Shown one piece after another: positions 1-8,333 of a DNA stretch of 36,372 nt. The stretch is taken from assembly GCA_964607485.1 (NCBI GenBank), contig CAZSKP010000017.1, forward strand, positions 58,743 through 95,114, written 5' to 3'. The DNA comes from an uncultured bacterium (GTDB lineage: Bacteria > Abyssobacteria > SURF-5). Position 1 is the first letter of the stretch; each line of letters starts with the position of its first letter. The notes under the pieces are model-generated. The model searched no databases. It saw only the letters and a list, made by a program, of their open reading frames with translations, and had not been told where the DNA came from. The position numbers and the translations under genes are program-made.

Positions 1-102
1 GATCTTGTCTCCGTTCGCGAGGATTATCTGGTCAGCCGGCGCGTTCATTGACAACAGAAGCAGGAGAAGTAACGAAAGCGACAATGCGGAAGCGACCTTC
101 AT
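1..102 (-). CDS. Secreted protein, N-terminal fragment (runs off window)
   Basis: Manual translation MKVASALSLSLLLLLLSMNAPADQIILANGDKI: signal peptide followed by a D-x-I-x-L-x-NG-D-x-I motif common at mature N-termini of exported proteins; AAGGA upstream. Confidence 0.75.
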   Translation of the reverse strand, partial: MKVASALSLSLLLLLLLSMNAPADQIILANGDKI

Positions 103-252
103 GGCAAGTTTTCCTTCGAGGGTTCTTGCTAAAGAATGTCAAAAGACGCCGACCGGGCGTTTCCTACTATACTAAATGAGGAAACGATTTCACAAATTCG
201 TGGCCGGTCGGAGCTCCGAAAGATGGGAAGGACTGTTGTTTTGTGGGCTGTC

Positions 253-1266
253 CTACGCCGATGTCTGACCGGAACGGGATTGGAATTTGGCGAATACGCG
301 GCCGACATTTTCCCACACCGTATCCGCGTTATCGGAGCGGGTGTACATCCAACCGCCGCCGCCGTAGCTCCATGCCGCGATGTTGCGTACGCCTTCCTCG
401 TAGAAAATTTCGGCGGCGCGCATGACCTCGTCCTCTCTTCCCTCCTGGATGAGGAACGCCAGAAGCCACATCTGGATTTCGCGGCCGTGCTTCTCGCACA
501 GGCCTTTGGCTTTCTTTGTCCTGTCGCGCACATACTCCTCCAGTGGCAGGCCCCAGATCGCCCAGTACGGGTCGGTTCCGAAAATGTCCAGTGAGGGAAT
601 GGAGGCGAGAGCGTCCCAGTTCGATACTCCGCGGCGCGCATCCTCGTCGGGCAACACGCAGAGCGCGTTCTTGAGGCCGCAGCTCTTCGCGTATTCGCCC
701 AGTTCGGAGAAGAAGCCGACAACCGTCTGCTCGCGAAAGCCTATCACGTCGTCGTCCATTTCATCCGGCATTTCTCGTCCATACTTTTCTCCGAAAAGCT
801 TGCGGCAGGCGGCGCAGCGGCAGGCCCATTGCTTGCCGGTTCCCGCCACGGGCCAGTTGGTCATGTGGAAATGCGGCTCATCCCAGAAGACGATGTCGGA
901 GCCCAGGTCGGCGGCGGTCTCGATCCACAGTTTCATGAAGGAGCGGAAATTGGCGCCGTTCATGCATGCCGAGGAGACCGATTTCCCATCGGCAAGTATC
1001 TGGCGGTCCTCAAGGTTTTCAGCGACGAACCTTGAGAACGCCTCGCCGCCGAAGACGCCGCCGACGCCCCAAGGGTCGATGTAGACTTCGAGCCCCAAAT
1101 CTTTTGACGCCCCGACTATGTCCTTCATGGTGCGCGTGTAGAATGACAGGTCGGCCTCGGAAAATGTGTGCACGACGAAATTGCAGTGGTGTGAGACTAT
1201 GTCTTTCAAATCCTCGCGTACGTGGCGCAGATTCCGCACATCGTGATAAGCCACTCCGGTCTTCAT
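253..1266 (-). CDS. Glycoside hydrolase-like TIM-barrel protein
   Basis: 337 aa; VFWDEPH (acid/base-like), CRCAAC Zn-type motif as in GH42-like enzymes, FGTDPYW; family not resolvable. Confidence 0.65.
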   Translation of the reverse strand: MKTGVAYHDVRNLRHVREDLKDIVSHHCNFVVHTFSEADLSFYTRTMKDIVGASKDLGLEVYIDPWGVGGVFGGEAFSRFVAENLEDRQILADGKSVSSACMNGANFRSFMKLWIETAADLGSDIVFWDEPHFHMTNWPVAGTGKQWACRCAACRKLFGEKYGREMPDEMDDDVIGFREQTVVGFFSELGEYAKSCGLKNALCVLPDEDARRGVSNWDALASIPSLDIFGTDPYWAIWGLPLEEYVRDRTKKAKGLCEKHGREIQMWLLAFLIQEGREDEVMRAAEIFYEEGVRNIAAWSYGGGGWMYTRSDNADTVWENVGRVFAKFQSRSGQTSA

Positions 1267-1287
1267 GGTTGCACCCCTTGTCGTCGG

Positions 1288-2388
1288 TTATCGGAGATCT
1301 TTGGACTCGTCCCGGAGGGGGAGCTTAACGTCAAATCCGTTCCGGGCTGCAAGGTATATTGCCTCGACAATCTCGTGAGCTTTCACGGCGGCGCCGAAGT
1401 CGGGACAAGGCGAGGCGCCTGTTTCCAGCGCGCGCAGGAAATGGTAATCCTCTAATCCCTGCCCGGAGTGAAGCGAATTGTACCTCCGGTCCTCGAGGCC
1501 CACGGATGAGAGATATCGGCTCACTACCTCCTCCGCCGAGAGAGTGCACAAGTCTTCGTCGTTCATCTGATAGCTTATCGGCCCTATGAAGTCGTCGGCG
1601 CTCGATATGCAGCCGTTCTCGAAGAAAACCTCCACGTACCGATTCGATTCGCGGCGCAGTATGTTGTGCCACGCGGAGAGCAACTGACCGACGCATCCGC
1701 TCTGAAACTCCATTTGCGCGGAGGCCAGGTCCTCGACGCCCCGGTGACCGGCAAAGTTCTTGATCGTGCCTCGTATGCTCGCTATTTCGCCCAAAAGCCA
1801 TCGCATGATGTCGGTGTCGTGGATGCTGTGTTCGATAAGCGTTCCCCCGCCGCAGACCTCCACGTCGCGGCGCCATGTGCTCCCGTAAATTCCCCTGATG
1901 GGAAAATACTGGTCGTCGCGGAATATGACCGACATCGGCCGTCCGAGTTCAGGATTGGAAATCAACTGCTTGACCACGTTGTACACCGGAGAGAAGCGGA
2001 GGACAAGGCCGACCTGGTTCTTCACCCCGGCCCGCACGACGGCAGAGTGCATCTTCTTCGCTTCCTCGAACGAGCGCGCGAGCGGTTTTTCGCAGAAGAT
2101 GTTCAGACGCCGATTTGCGGCTGCCTCTACAAGCTCGGGATGTGACTTCGTGGGCGTGCAGATGAAGACGGTGTCGATTTCGCCGGAGTCTATGAGTTCA
2201 ATCGGGTCGGTCCAATCTTTCTTTGCCCCGAAGGATTGGGCTATCGCTTTGGCGCGTTCGGCGTTCGTGTCGCAAACCGCCCGGAACTCCGCCGAAGCCA
2301 ACCCCTCACCTATGATCGTCTCGATCGCATTTGCGTGCGCCACCCCGACGAAACCCGCTCCTATCAAGCCCACGCGAAGCTTTTCCAT
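1288..2388 (-). CDS. Gfo/Idh/MocA family oxidoreductase
   Basis: GLIGAGFVG Rossmann motif, CEKPLA, GGGTLIEHSIHDTD; ATG at 2388 preceded by AAGGAG. Confidence 0.92.
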   Translation of the reverse strand: MEKLRVGLIGAGFVGVAHANAIETIIGEGLASAEFRAVCDTNAERAKAIAQSFGAKKDWTDPIELIDSGEIDTVFICTPTKSHPELVEAAANRRLNIFCEKPLARSFEEAKKMHSAVVRAGVKNQVGLVLRFSPVYNVVKQLISNPELGRPMSVIFRDDQYFPIRGIYGSTWRRDVEVCGGGTLIEHSIHDTDIMRWLLGEIASIRGTIKNFAGHRGVEDLASAQMEFQSGCVGQLLSAWHNILRRESNRYVEVFFENGCISSADDFIGPISYQMNDEDLCTLSAEEVVSRYLSSVGLEDRRYNSLHSGQGLEDYHFLRALETGASPCPDFGAAVKAHEIVEAIYLAARNGFDVKLPLRDESKDLR

Positions 2389-2650
2389 CTTCTTCTCCTT
2401 CAATCGCGGATATCTACCAGCTTCAATCGCCGCTATTCTACAGCGGGAGGGTGCTCGTGTTCAAGGGAAAAGGCTGTGCAACGGCGGCAAGTGTGCGCCG
2501 GGGCGATGGACACCGGGAATCGGGTTGATGTATAATGACCGCGTGTTCGACGACTGGAAAGGCAAGCCTGTATCTTCGCCTCCGGACCGGAAGTCTGCCC
2601 CTTCTTTACGTTGCTTCGGGTCCTGAGAATCCGAGCGTGTGGAGGAAAAC

Positions 2651-3094
2651 ATGTTTAACAAATATTTCGACGACATCAAGATAGGGGATAAGGTCACGAG
2701 TCGCGGCCGCACAATCACCGAGACGGATGTCGTCAACTTTTCGATGTTTTCGGCCGATTGGTTTTCGCTTCATTCCGATGTCGAGTACGCGAAGAACTCT
2801 ATGTTCGGAGAACGCATCGCCCACGGGCTGCTCGTTCTTTCGGTCGGGTCCGGACTGGTTCCTCTCGAGCCCGAGTACACCATCGCCTTTTACGGGATGG
2901 ACAACGTTCGCTTCATCAACCCGACCCGCATCGGCGATACGATACACGTCGAAGGCGAGGTTCTGGAGAAGGAGGAGCGGAACGAGCAAAGCGGTATTAT
3001 CACCTACCGCCAGGTAATAAAGAATCAGAAGGGCGAAGATGTCGTGGTCGCCATCATGAAGGCGTTGATGGCTCGGCGCAAGAAGAAGAAGTGA
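2651..3094 (+). CDS. MaoC/PaaZ-type hotdog-fold (R)-enoyl-CoA hydratase
   Basis: GRTITETD, SADWFSLHSDVEYA, FGERIAHG motifs; GGAGG RBS before ATG 2651. Confidence 0.9.
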   Translation: MFNKYFDDIKIGDKVTSRGRTITETDVVNFSMFSADWFSLHSDVEYAKNSMFGERIAHGLLVLSVGSGLVPLEPEYTIAFYGMDNVRFINPTRIGDTIHVEGEVLEKEERNEQSGIITYRQVIKNQKGEDVVVAIMKALMARRKKKK

Positions 3095-3142
3095 GAGGCG
3101 GGCGGCTGCCTGGCCGCAATCGCCTGCGTTGACGCGGCTTTC

Positions 3143-3289
3143 CTACCCTTCGGACTCAGAGAAAAACCTGTCGTAACATTCCTTGCAGCAGTAGAGGACC
3201 GTTTTTCGGAACGAGCCGTTCGAGACGACGATCTTCTTCAAGTCTTCGAAATTCTCCACTCCCGCACATTGGCAATACTGAACGAACAC
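3143..3289 (-). CDS. Small Cys-rich protein (48 aa), not in the ORF track
   Basis: MFVQYCQCAGVENFEDLKKIVVSNGSFRKTVLYCCKECYDRFFSESEG*; GTG start 7 nt after GGAGG; CxC...CCxxC; sigma54-like promoter upstream. Confidence 0.65.
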   Translation of the reverse strand: MFVQYCQCAGVENFEDLKKIVVSNGSFRKTVLYCCKECYDRFFSESEG

Positions 3290-3340
3290 GGCCATTCCTC
3301 CATTGATGAACTATCGGATTGATAACGACACACGGAGCAC

Positions 3341-3355
3341 GCAAGAGAAATGCCA
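3341..3355 (-). promoter_or_regulatory. Sigma54 (-24/-12) promoter
   Basis: Minus strand TGGCAT-TTCTC-TTGC matches TGGCAC-N5-TTGC with exact spacing, about 50 nt upstream of the small Cys-rich ORF. Confidence 0.65.
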
Positions 3356-3516
3356 TAGAGCCGAATTTTGTTATAACTTACGTAAATATAATGAGTTACA
3401 TGGTGCGGGAGAGATTTGGCATTTCAAAAACGTAGGAAGGGAGGACTGACAAATTTTCCGCCGGGCCAGCAAAAATTGACACTTTCGAGACCTCTTCCCG
3501 GTCCGTGCGGCGACGC

Positions 3517-3858
3517 CTACCCGTCCCGCTCGGTCAGAACATAGTCGTCCCGAATCGGATGCCAGGCATCGAGTGCGAAGGCCGGCTGGTCGCCGACCTC
3601 TGCCTCATGCTCGACGTTGGGCGGAACGACGGCGATGTCGCCCTCGCGCATCAGGCGTGTCTCGCCGCCGACGGTCATCTTCATCGAGCCCTTTACCAGA
3701 TAGCTTATTTGTTCGTGGTGGTGCTTGTGAGCCGGGATGCGGCTGCCGGGCTCGAGGTCGAAGAACGTCATCATCGTGTTTTCGAGGCAGACGCTCCGAA
3801 GCACGATGCCCGGAAGAATCTCTTTGGACGGCAGGTCGCTCTTGCTATAGAAGAACAT
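3517..3858 (-). CDS. Cupin domain protein
   Basis: PAHKHHHEQISY and PPNVEH metal-binding motifs; ATG 3858 after GGAG (alternative GTG at 3873). Confidence 0.88.
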   Translation of the reverse strand: MFFYSKSDLPSKEILPGIVLRSVCLENTMMTFFDLEPGSRIPAHKHHHEQISYLVKGSMKMTVGGETRLMREGDIAVVPPNVEHEAEVGDQPAFALDAWHPIRDDYVLTERDG

Positions 3859-3895
3859 GGGGAGCTCCGCCACAATTAAACGCGTTCAGTTTGCT

Positions 3896-3923
3896 GCAGG
3901 GGCGGTTCGCAAACCGCCCCCAC
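3896..3923. repeat. REP-like palindrome
   Basis: GCAGGGGCGGTTCGCAAACCGCCCCCAC; intergenic; same ends and length as 27503-27530. Confidence 0.6.
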
Positions 3924-3947
3924 GGGAAATCGTACTCTTGTAGGCCG

Positions 3948-5096
3948 TCATGCGCGCGGCATCAGCACCTCGCGCGCGATCACCAGACGCTGAATCTGAT
4001 TCGTTCCCTCGTATATCTGCATGAGCTTGGCGTCGCGCATGAGCTTCTCGACAGGATACTCTCGCATGTATCCGTATCCGCCGTATATCTGGACGGCGTC
4101 GGTGGTGACCTCCATCGCGATGTCTGCCGCATACAGCTTGGCTATGGCCGCAGGGAACGTGTTGCGCTCACCTTGATCGGTCAGCCAGGCCGACTTATAC
4201 ACCATCATTCTCGCGAGTTCGACCTTGCAGGCCATGTCGGCGATCATGAATTGAATGCCCTGGTTCATCGCTATCGGCTGTCCGAACTGGATGCGCTGCT
4301 TGGAGTATTCGGCGGCATACTCCAGAGCCGCCCGAGCCAGCCCCACCGAGGCGGCGGCCACTCCGGGCCGGGCCTTGTCGAGCGTCATCATCGCTATCTT
4401 GAAGCCGTCTCCCTCTTTGCCCAGCAGGTTCACCTTAGGGACGCGCACATCTTCGAGAATGACCTCCGACGTGTTCGAGGCGCGCTGCCCCATCTTGTCT
4501 TCCTCTTTGCCCGCCGACACGCCGGCCATGTCCTTCGTCACGACAAACGCGCTCAAGCCACGGTGCCCCTTGCTCTTGTCGGTCGCGGCGAAGATGGTGA
4601 ACAGGTCGGCCACGCCGCCGTTGGTGATGAAGCACTTGGTTCCGTTGAGCACGTATTCGTCGCCCACGAGCTTCGCGGTGGTGGCGACGGAGCCCGCGTC
4701 GGAGCCCGCATTGGGCTCGGTGAGGCCGAAGGCGGCGAACGTGAGTTTTTCGCACAGCGGCGAGAGGAACTGCTTCTTCTGCTCATCCGATGCGGCGATC
4801 AATATCGGTGTGACTGCGAGCGAATTGGCGCCCCGCGACGTGTTGACGCCGACACAGCCCCATCCCATTTCCTCGGCGATGATGCAGGAATCCAGCGTGC
4901 TCAGGCCGCCGCCGCCGCAGAATTCCGGGATGGTCTCGTTCATCAGGCCTACGTCGAACGCCTTCTGAAGGATTTCGCGCGGAAACTCGCCCGTCCTGTC
5001 GTGATGTTCGGCCTTGGGACGAATCTCCTGCTCCGCAAACTTATGTGCGGTTTCCTGCAACATCCTCTGCTCATCCGTCAGCGAAAAGCTAATCAT
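3948..5096 (-). CDS. Acyl-CoA dehydrogenase
   Basis: FGLTEPNAGSDA, GTKCFITNG, QIYGGYGY...IYEGTNQIQR; AGGAG RBS. Confidence 0.96.
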   Translation of the reverse strand: MISFSLTDEQRMLQETAHKFAEQEIRPKAEHHDRTGEFPREILQKAFDVGLMNETIPEFCGGGGLSTLDSCIIAEEMGWGCVGVNTSRGANSLAVTPILIAASDEQKKQFLSPLCEKLTFAAFGLTEPNAGSDAGSVATTAKLVGDEYVLNGTKCFITNGGVADLFTIFAATDKSKGHRGLSAFVVTKDMAGVSAGKEEDKMGQRASNTSEVILEDVRVPKVNLLGKEGDGFKIAMMTLDKARPGVAAASVGLARAALEYAAEYSKQRIQFGQPIAMNQGIQFMIADMACKVELARMMVYKSAWLTDQGERNTFPAAIAKLYAADIAMEVTTDAVQIYGGYGYMREYPVEKLMRDAKLMQIYEGTNQIQRLVIAREVLMPRA

Positions 5097-5133
5097 GACA
5101 ATCCTCTCCTTTTCCTAATTCGCCTTTCAGGAA

Positions 5134-5730
5134 CTATTTCTGCAAAAATCCCATGATGATTTCCTCGGTCATTCTCCGGGCGCGCGTAAGATCAAATGCC
5201 TTTTCGTCGAACATCCACTGTATCGTAAAGCCCTCGATAAGACCGATCAGCGCCGAGGCCACCTTGGCAGGATCACATTGCCTGAAATCTCCGTCGCGTA
5301 TCCCCTCCGCGATGACCTTCTTCGCGAGGTGCCTGTATCGCGCATGCTGGTTGGCGTTCGCCGCCTTGAGCGTCGGGTTCTTCGTCGAGTGCGCCCAGAA
5401 ATCGAGGAGCACGACGTGAAACTTCTTGTTTTCCCGCGTCTTTTCGAAGACAGCGCTGATGATGGCCCGAATCTTTGCCGAGGGCGTTTCGGCGCGTTCG
5501 ACCTTCTTGGCCAGGTGGCTGTCGAGGTCTTTGATCAGCTTTTCAAGAACCGAAAGGAAGAGTTGTTCCTTGTTGCGGAAATAGTAGTGGATGACGCCCT
5601 TGCTGACACCGGCCGAATCGGCGATGTCCTGCATCGTGATATTGCTGTATCCTTTGAGCGCGATGCAGAAGAAGGTCGCCTCGATAATTTCGGCTCTTCT
5701 CTTTGGTGCGACGCCTATCTTGGGAGACAT
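5134..5730 (-). CDS. TetR/AcrR (BetI-like) transcriptional regulator
   Basis: HTH TMQDIADSAGVSKGVIHYYFRNKEQL; ATG 5730 (ORF track start 5745). Confidence 0.92.
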   Translation of the reverse strand: MSPKIGVAPKRRAEIIEATFFCIALKGYSNITMQDIADSAGVSKGVIHYYFRNKEQLFLSVLEKLIKDLDSHLAKKVERAETPSAKIRAIISAVFEKTRENKKFHVVLLDFWAHSTKNPTLKAANANQHARYRHLAKKVIAEGIRDGDFRQCDPAKVASALIGLIEGFTIQWMFDEKAFDLTRARRMTEEIIMGFLQK

Positions 5731-5750
5731 GGGGTGGTTGAGCAACGATA

Positions 5751-5807
5751 TTTTAAATTGGCCAGCCAGTTAAAAGGAGCTTAACAGACCGGCGCTGCGT
5801 TTGTCAA
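5751..5807 (-). promoter_or_regulatory. Sigma70 promoter and putative TetR operator
   Basis: TTGACA(5807-5802)-18-TAAGCT with TG extension; imperfect palindrome TTTTAAATTGGCCAGCCAGTTAAAA (5751-5775) just downstream. Confidence 0.55.
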
Positions 5808-5858
5808 GGTTTTTTGCCTCTCGCGGAGAAAGAGGTCTAAGTGCTCAGTGTGCACCTT

Positions 5859-5973
5859 GTCATTGCGAGGAGCAAAGAGCTGCAAGCTCCGGCGACGAAG
5901 CAATCCCCGTGGCAAGGGGACAACGCCTCCGAGATTGCTTCGGTCGGGTCGTTGACCCCTCCCTCGCAATGAC
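5859..5973. repeat. Composite palindromic repeat element (GTCATTGCGAG...CTCGCAATGAC type)
   Basis: 12-bp terminal inverted repeat GTCATTGCGAGG/CCTCGCAATGAC; inner inverted repeat CGAAGCAATC(5896-5905)/GATTGCTTCG(5933-5942); small internal hairpins. Confidence 0.75.
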
Positions 5974-6039
5974 CACGACTGGCTTGCGCAGCATGCCGTC
6001 AAGGTTTGCCCCTCAATGCGCAATACGCCCAAAAATCTA

Positions 6040-6068
6040 TTGACATCGGGCAGACTGCGGGCTATAAT
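6040..6068 (+). promoter_or_regulatory. Consensus sigma70 promoter of tRNA-Gly
   Basis: TTGACA-17 bp-TATAAT, a perfect match 10 nt upstream of the tRNA. Confidence 0.9.
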
Positions 6069-6078
6069 TAATTTCGTT

Positions 6079-6153
<75 letters not shown>

Positions 6154-6241
6154 TTTTTTTGTCGGACGGACGCCTATAGACCTCTTCCGAGCGCCGAGTC
6201 AAGGATTCGTTTTCCACACCGCAACATCTGAAAGCCATCTT

Positions 6242-7051
6242 TCATCCAGGGCTTTCTCCCCGCTGTGACTTTCGTCTGAGCCTGTCGAGCAAGAGCTTCG
6301 ATATTAGTCGATTTCGATTGAGTGCCACCAGGAAACGGTTTCCAAAGCCGGGTACACAGGTCACCTTTTGCTTCTCAAGGGACCCGAGCGATGCGGCTAC
6401 GACATCCTCTGCCGACCCCCACAAGAATCTCGGGATCAAAGAGCGATCGAGCTTCTTCAACTCCGGCCTGTTGTGAAATTCAGTACGGGTGAATCCCGGA
6501 CACAGTGCTTGGATTTTGACGCCCGTTCCCATCAATTCGCGTTGAAGGGCCTCGGAGAAGGTAACCAAGAACGCTTTGGTCGCACCGTACATCGCGTTTC
6601 CCTGCATGGGAATGAATGCGCCAATCGAAGATACATTGATGATTACGCCGTTGTGTTGCGCAATCATTCCTGGCAGGGCGGCCCGGCACAACCGCACGCT
6701 GGCCACTACATGAAGATGGATCATGTCAATCTGAGTTGCGGGGTCTATCTCCGAGAAATTGCCGGTCGTGCCGAAGCCCGCGTTGTTGATCAGCATATCC
6801 AATCGTCCGATTTCATGGATGCGTCTTTCGACCTGATCGATCCCTGCAGGCTTGGATAAGTCAGACACAAGAACCTCTGCACTTATCGCGTGATCTCGAT
6901 GCAGTTCTTCAGCCAATGCCTCCAGCCGTTCTTTTCTTCTGGCAACAAGGATAAGGTTCTTGCCTTGGGCGGCTAACGCGCGCGCGTACGCGGCCCCAAT
7001 TCCACTGGAAGCTCCTGTTATCAAGACAGTCACATCTTCTGTGCCATTCAA
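6242..7051 (-). CDS. SDR family oxidoreductase
   Basis: TGASSGIG, NNAGFG, YGATK catalytic motif; TTG start after GGAG. Confidence 0.93.
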   Translation of the reverse strand: MNGTEDVTVLITGASSGIGAAYARALAAQGKNLILVARRKERLEALAEELHRDHAISAEVLVSDLSKPAGIDQVERRIHEIGRLDMLINNAGFGTTGNFSEIDPATQIDMIHLHVVASVRLCRAALPGMIAQHNGVIINVSSIGAFIPMQGNAMYGATKAFLVTFSEALQRELMGTGVKIQALCPGFTRTEFHNRPELKKLDRSLIPRFLWGSAEDVVAASLGSLEKQKVTCVPGFGNRFLVALNRNRLISKLLLDRLRRKSQRGESPG

Positions 7052-7295
7052 GATATAGCTCCCGAATTTATCTGACCTTTGAAGGAGAGGCGGTTTTGGC
7101 TTATTCAGGAAATGCGCTGCGGATGCATGCCATCCGCATTGCTTTCAATGATAGCAGAATGCCGGAAAGTTAACAATCTTTCCGGCCAACATGGAATGGC
7201 TCTGCAAGACTGCAGGTCGCTTATTGGGAACGACTGAACGGCGTGGGCACATCTTCGGGCACAATCGAGGTTTTTCCCGAAAAAGCCGAGGTGGG

Positions 7296-7325
7296 TTGTA
7301 AATCTGTAAGAGCTTGTGATAGAAT
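7296..7325 (+). promoter_or_regulatory. Sigma70 promoter of tRNA-Arg
   Basis: TTGTAA-18-TAGAAT with TGn extension. Confidence 0.6.
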
Positions 7326-7340
7326 AACTTTACTCTGCTT

Positions 7341-7417
<77 letters not shown>

Positions 7418-7481
7418 TTTTTTTATGGCTGGGTGCTGCTGACGGGGGCAGGTCACGCGCTCATCGAAGAGACCCGGGATA

Positions 7482-8279
7482 TCAAGCCTTTTCGTTCTCC
7501 GGCTTCTTCCCCACCGTGATGATGCGTTCACCCTTTCGGATCTTTATCACGTCGCGGATAGTATCACAGACAGGTTTTTCGGGACAGTCAGCACATTCCA
7601 GAGAGGAATCGCACTCATACAGGTCGTCCGATCCGCGAGCGAATTGGCGGATTTTGCGTAATCTGGCGCGGGCCGGTTGCACGAGCCTGTCAAGTGTTGC
7701 CACGTCCTCCCGATTGCTCGTTACGAAAAAGAGTTCGGACGACCTGATGCCCGGGCATCCTTGCTTGAGCGATCTGACCAGTCTGAACCCAAGCTCCTGC
7801 AGCGAGAATCCCCTGCCCGCGGCTTCCTTGCTCACCCGGGCCCAGATCACGTTGGGCACACTTCGAAGCATATAGCCATCGGTCTGAGCACAGCCGTGGA
7901 GTGTCCTGTCCATCTCGGCGCTCGTATCCTCGATGTTGCCGTCACACGAAGCGATCGCTATCTGTGCGAAGGGGAGCATTTTCTCTTGCGTCTCGGTGAT
8001 GTCGGGACCGATCAGCGTAACCTGACCATCGCGAATAAGTGAAGGGTCGTGTGTCGCGAGCGTCGCGTACGCGGAGCCGACCGAAGGATGACCCAGCTCC
8101 AGATACGTTTCCTCTTTCAGGATGATCGCCGGATTCGCACGAGCTCGATGTGCATCCCCCGCAGACGCCTGCCGTGGTTCAGGGGAAGACGAGGGACGGA
8201 ATCGCCGAACCTTCCCGTCCTCTTCTTTCTGCCCGAACCATTTTCGGATTTCGCCTATTGTGTCGTCGAAGATATCCAT
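7482..8279 (-). CDS. Stand-alone protein resembling the middle domain of acetyl-CoA synthase (CdhC/AcsB), with a C-terminal 4-Cys motif
   Basis: ELGHP...IRDGQVTLIGPDI..E...LPFAQ resembles ACS ELGGP...DGKxxxIGPD; lacks the A-cluster CGCFEC; ends with CDSSLECADCPEKPVC. Confidence 0.65.
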   Translation of the reverse strand: MDIFDDTIGEIRKWFGQKEEDGKVRRFRPSSSPEPRQASAGDAHRARANPAIILKEETYLELGHPSVGSAYATLATHDPSLIRDGQVTLIGPDITETQEKMLPFAQIAIASCDGNIEDTSAEMDRTLHGCAQTDGYMLRSVPNVIWARVSKEAAGRGFSLQELGFRLVRSLKQGCPGIRSSELFFVTSNREDVATLDRLVQPARARLRKIRQFARGSDDLYECDSSLECADCPEKPVCDTIRDVIKIRKGERIITVGKKPENEKA

Positions 8280-8333
8280 ACGCGCAATGTGACTGATGCA
8301 GCCTCTGGGGAATCTCCGCCCATCCGGGCCGGG

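Noticed and set aside
3156..3356. 66-aa ORF from the track
   Set aside because: Its ATG lies inside the sigma54 box with no RBS; the overlapping frame 3143-3289 has a GGAGG RBS and a coherent Cys pattern
3573..5156. Long antisense ORFs (also 8049-9428, 19205-20392, 24188-25342, 32094-33830)
   Set aside because: Shadow frames of well-supported genes in GC-rich DNA; no motifs
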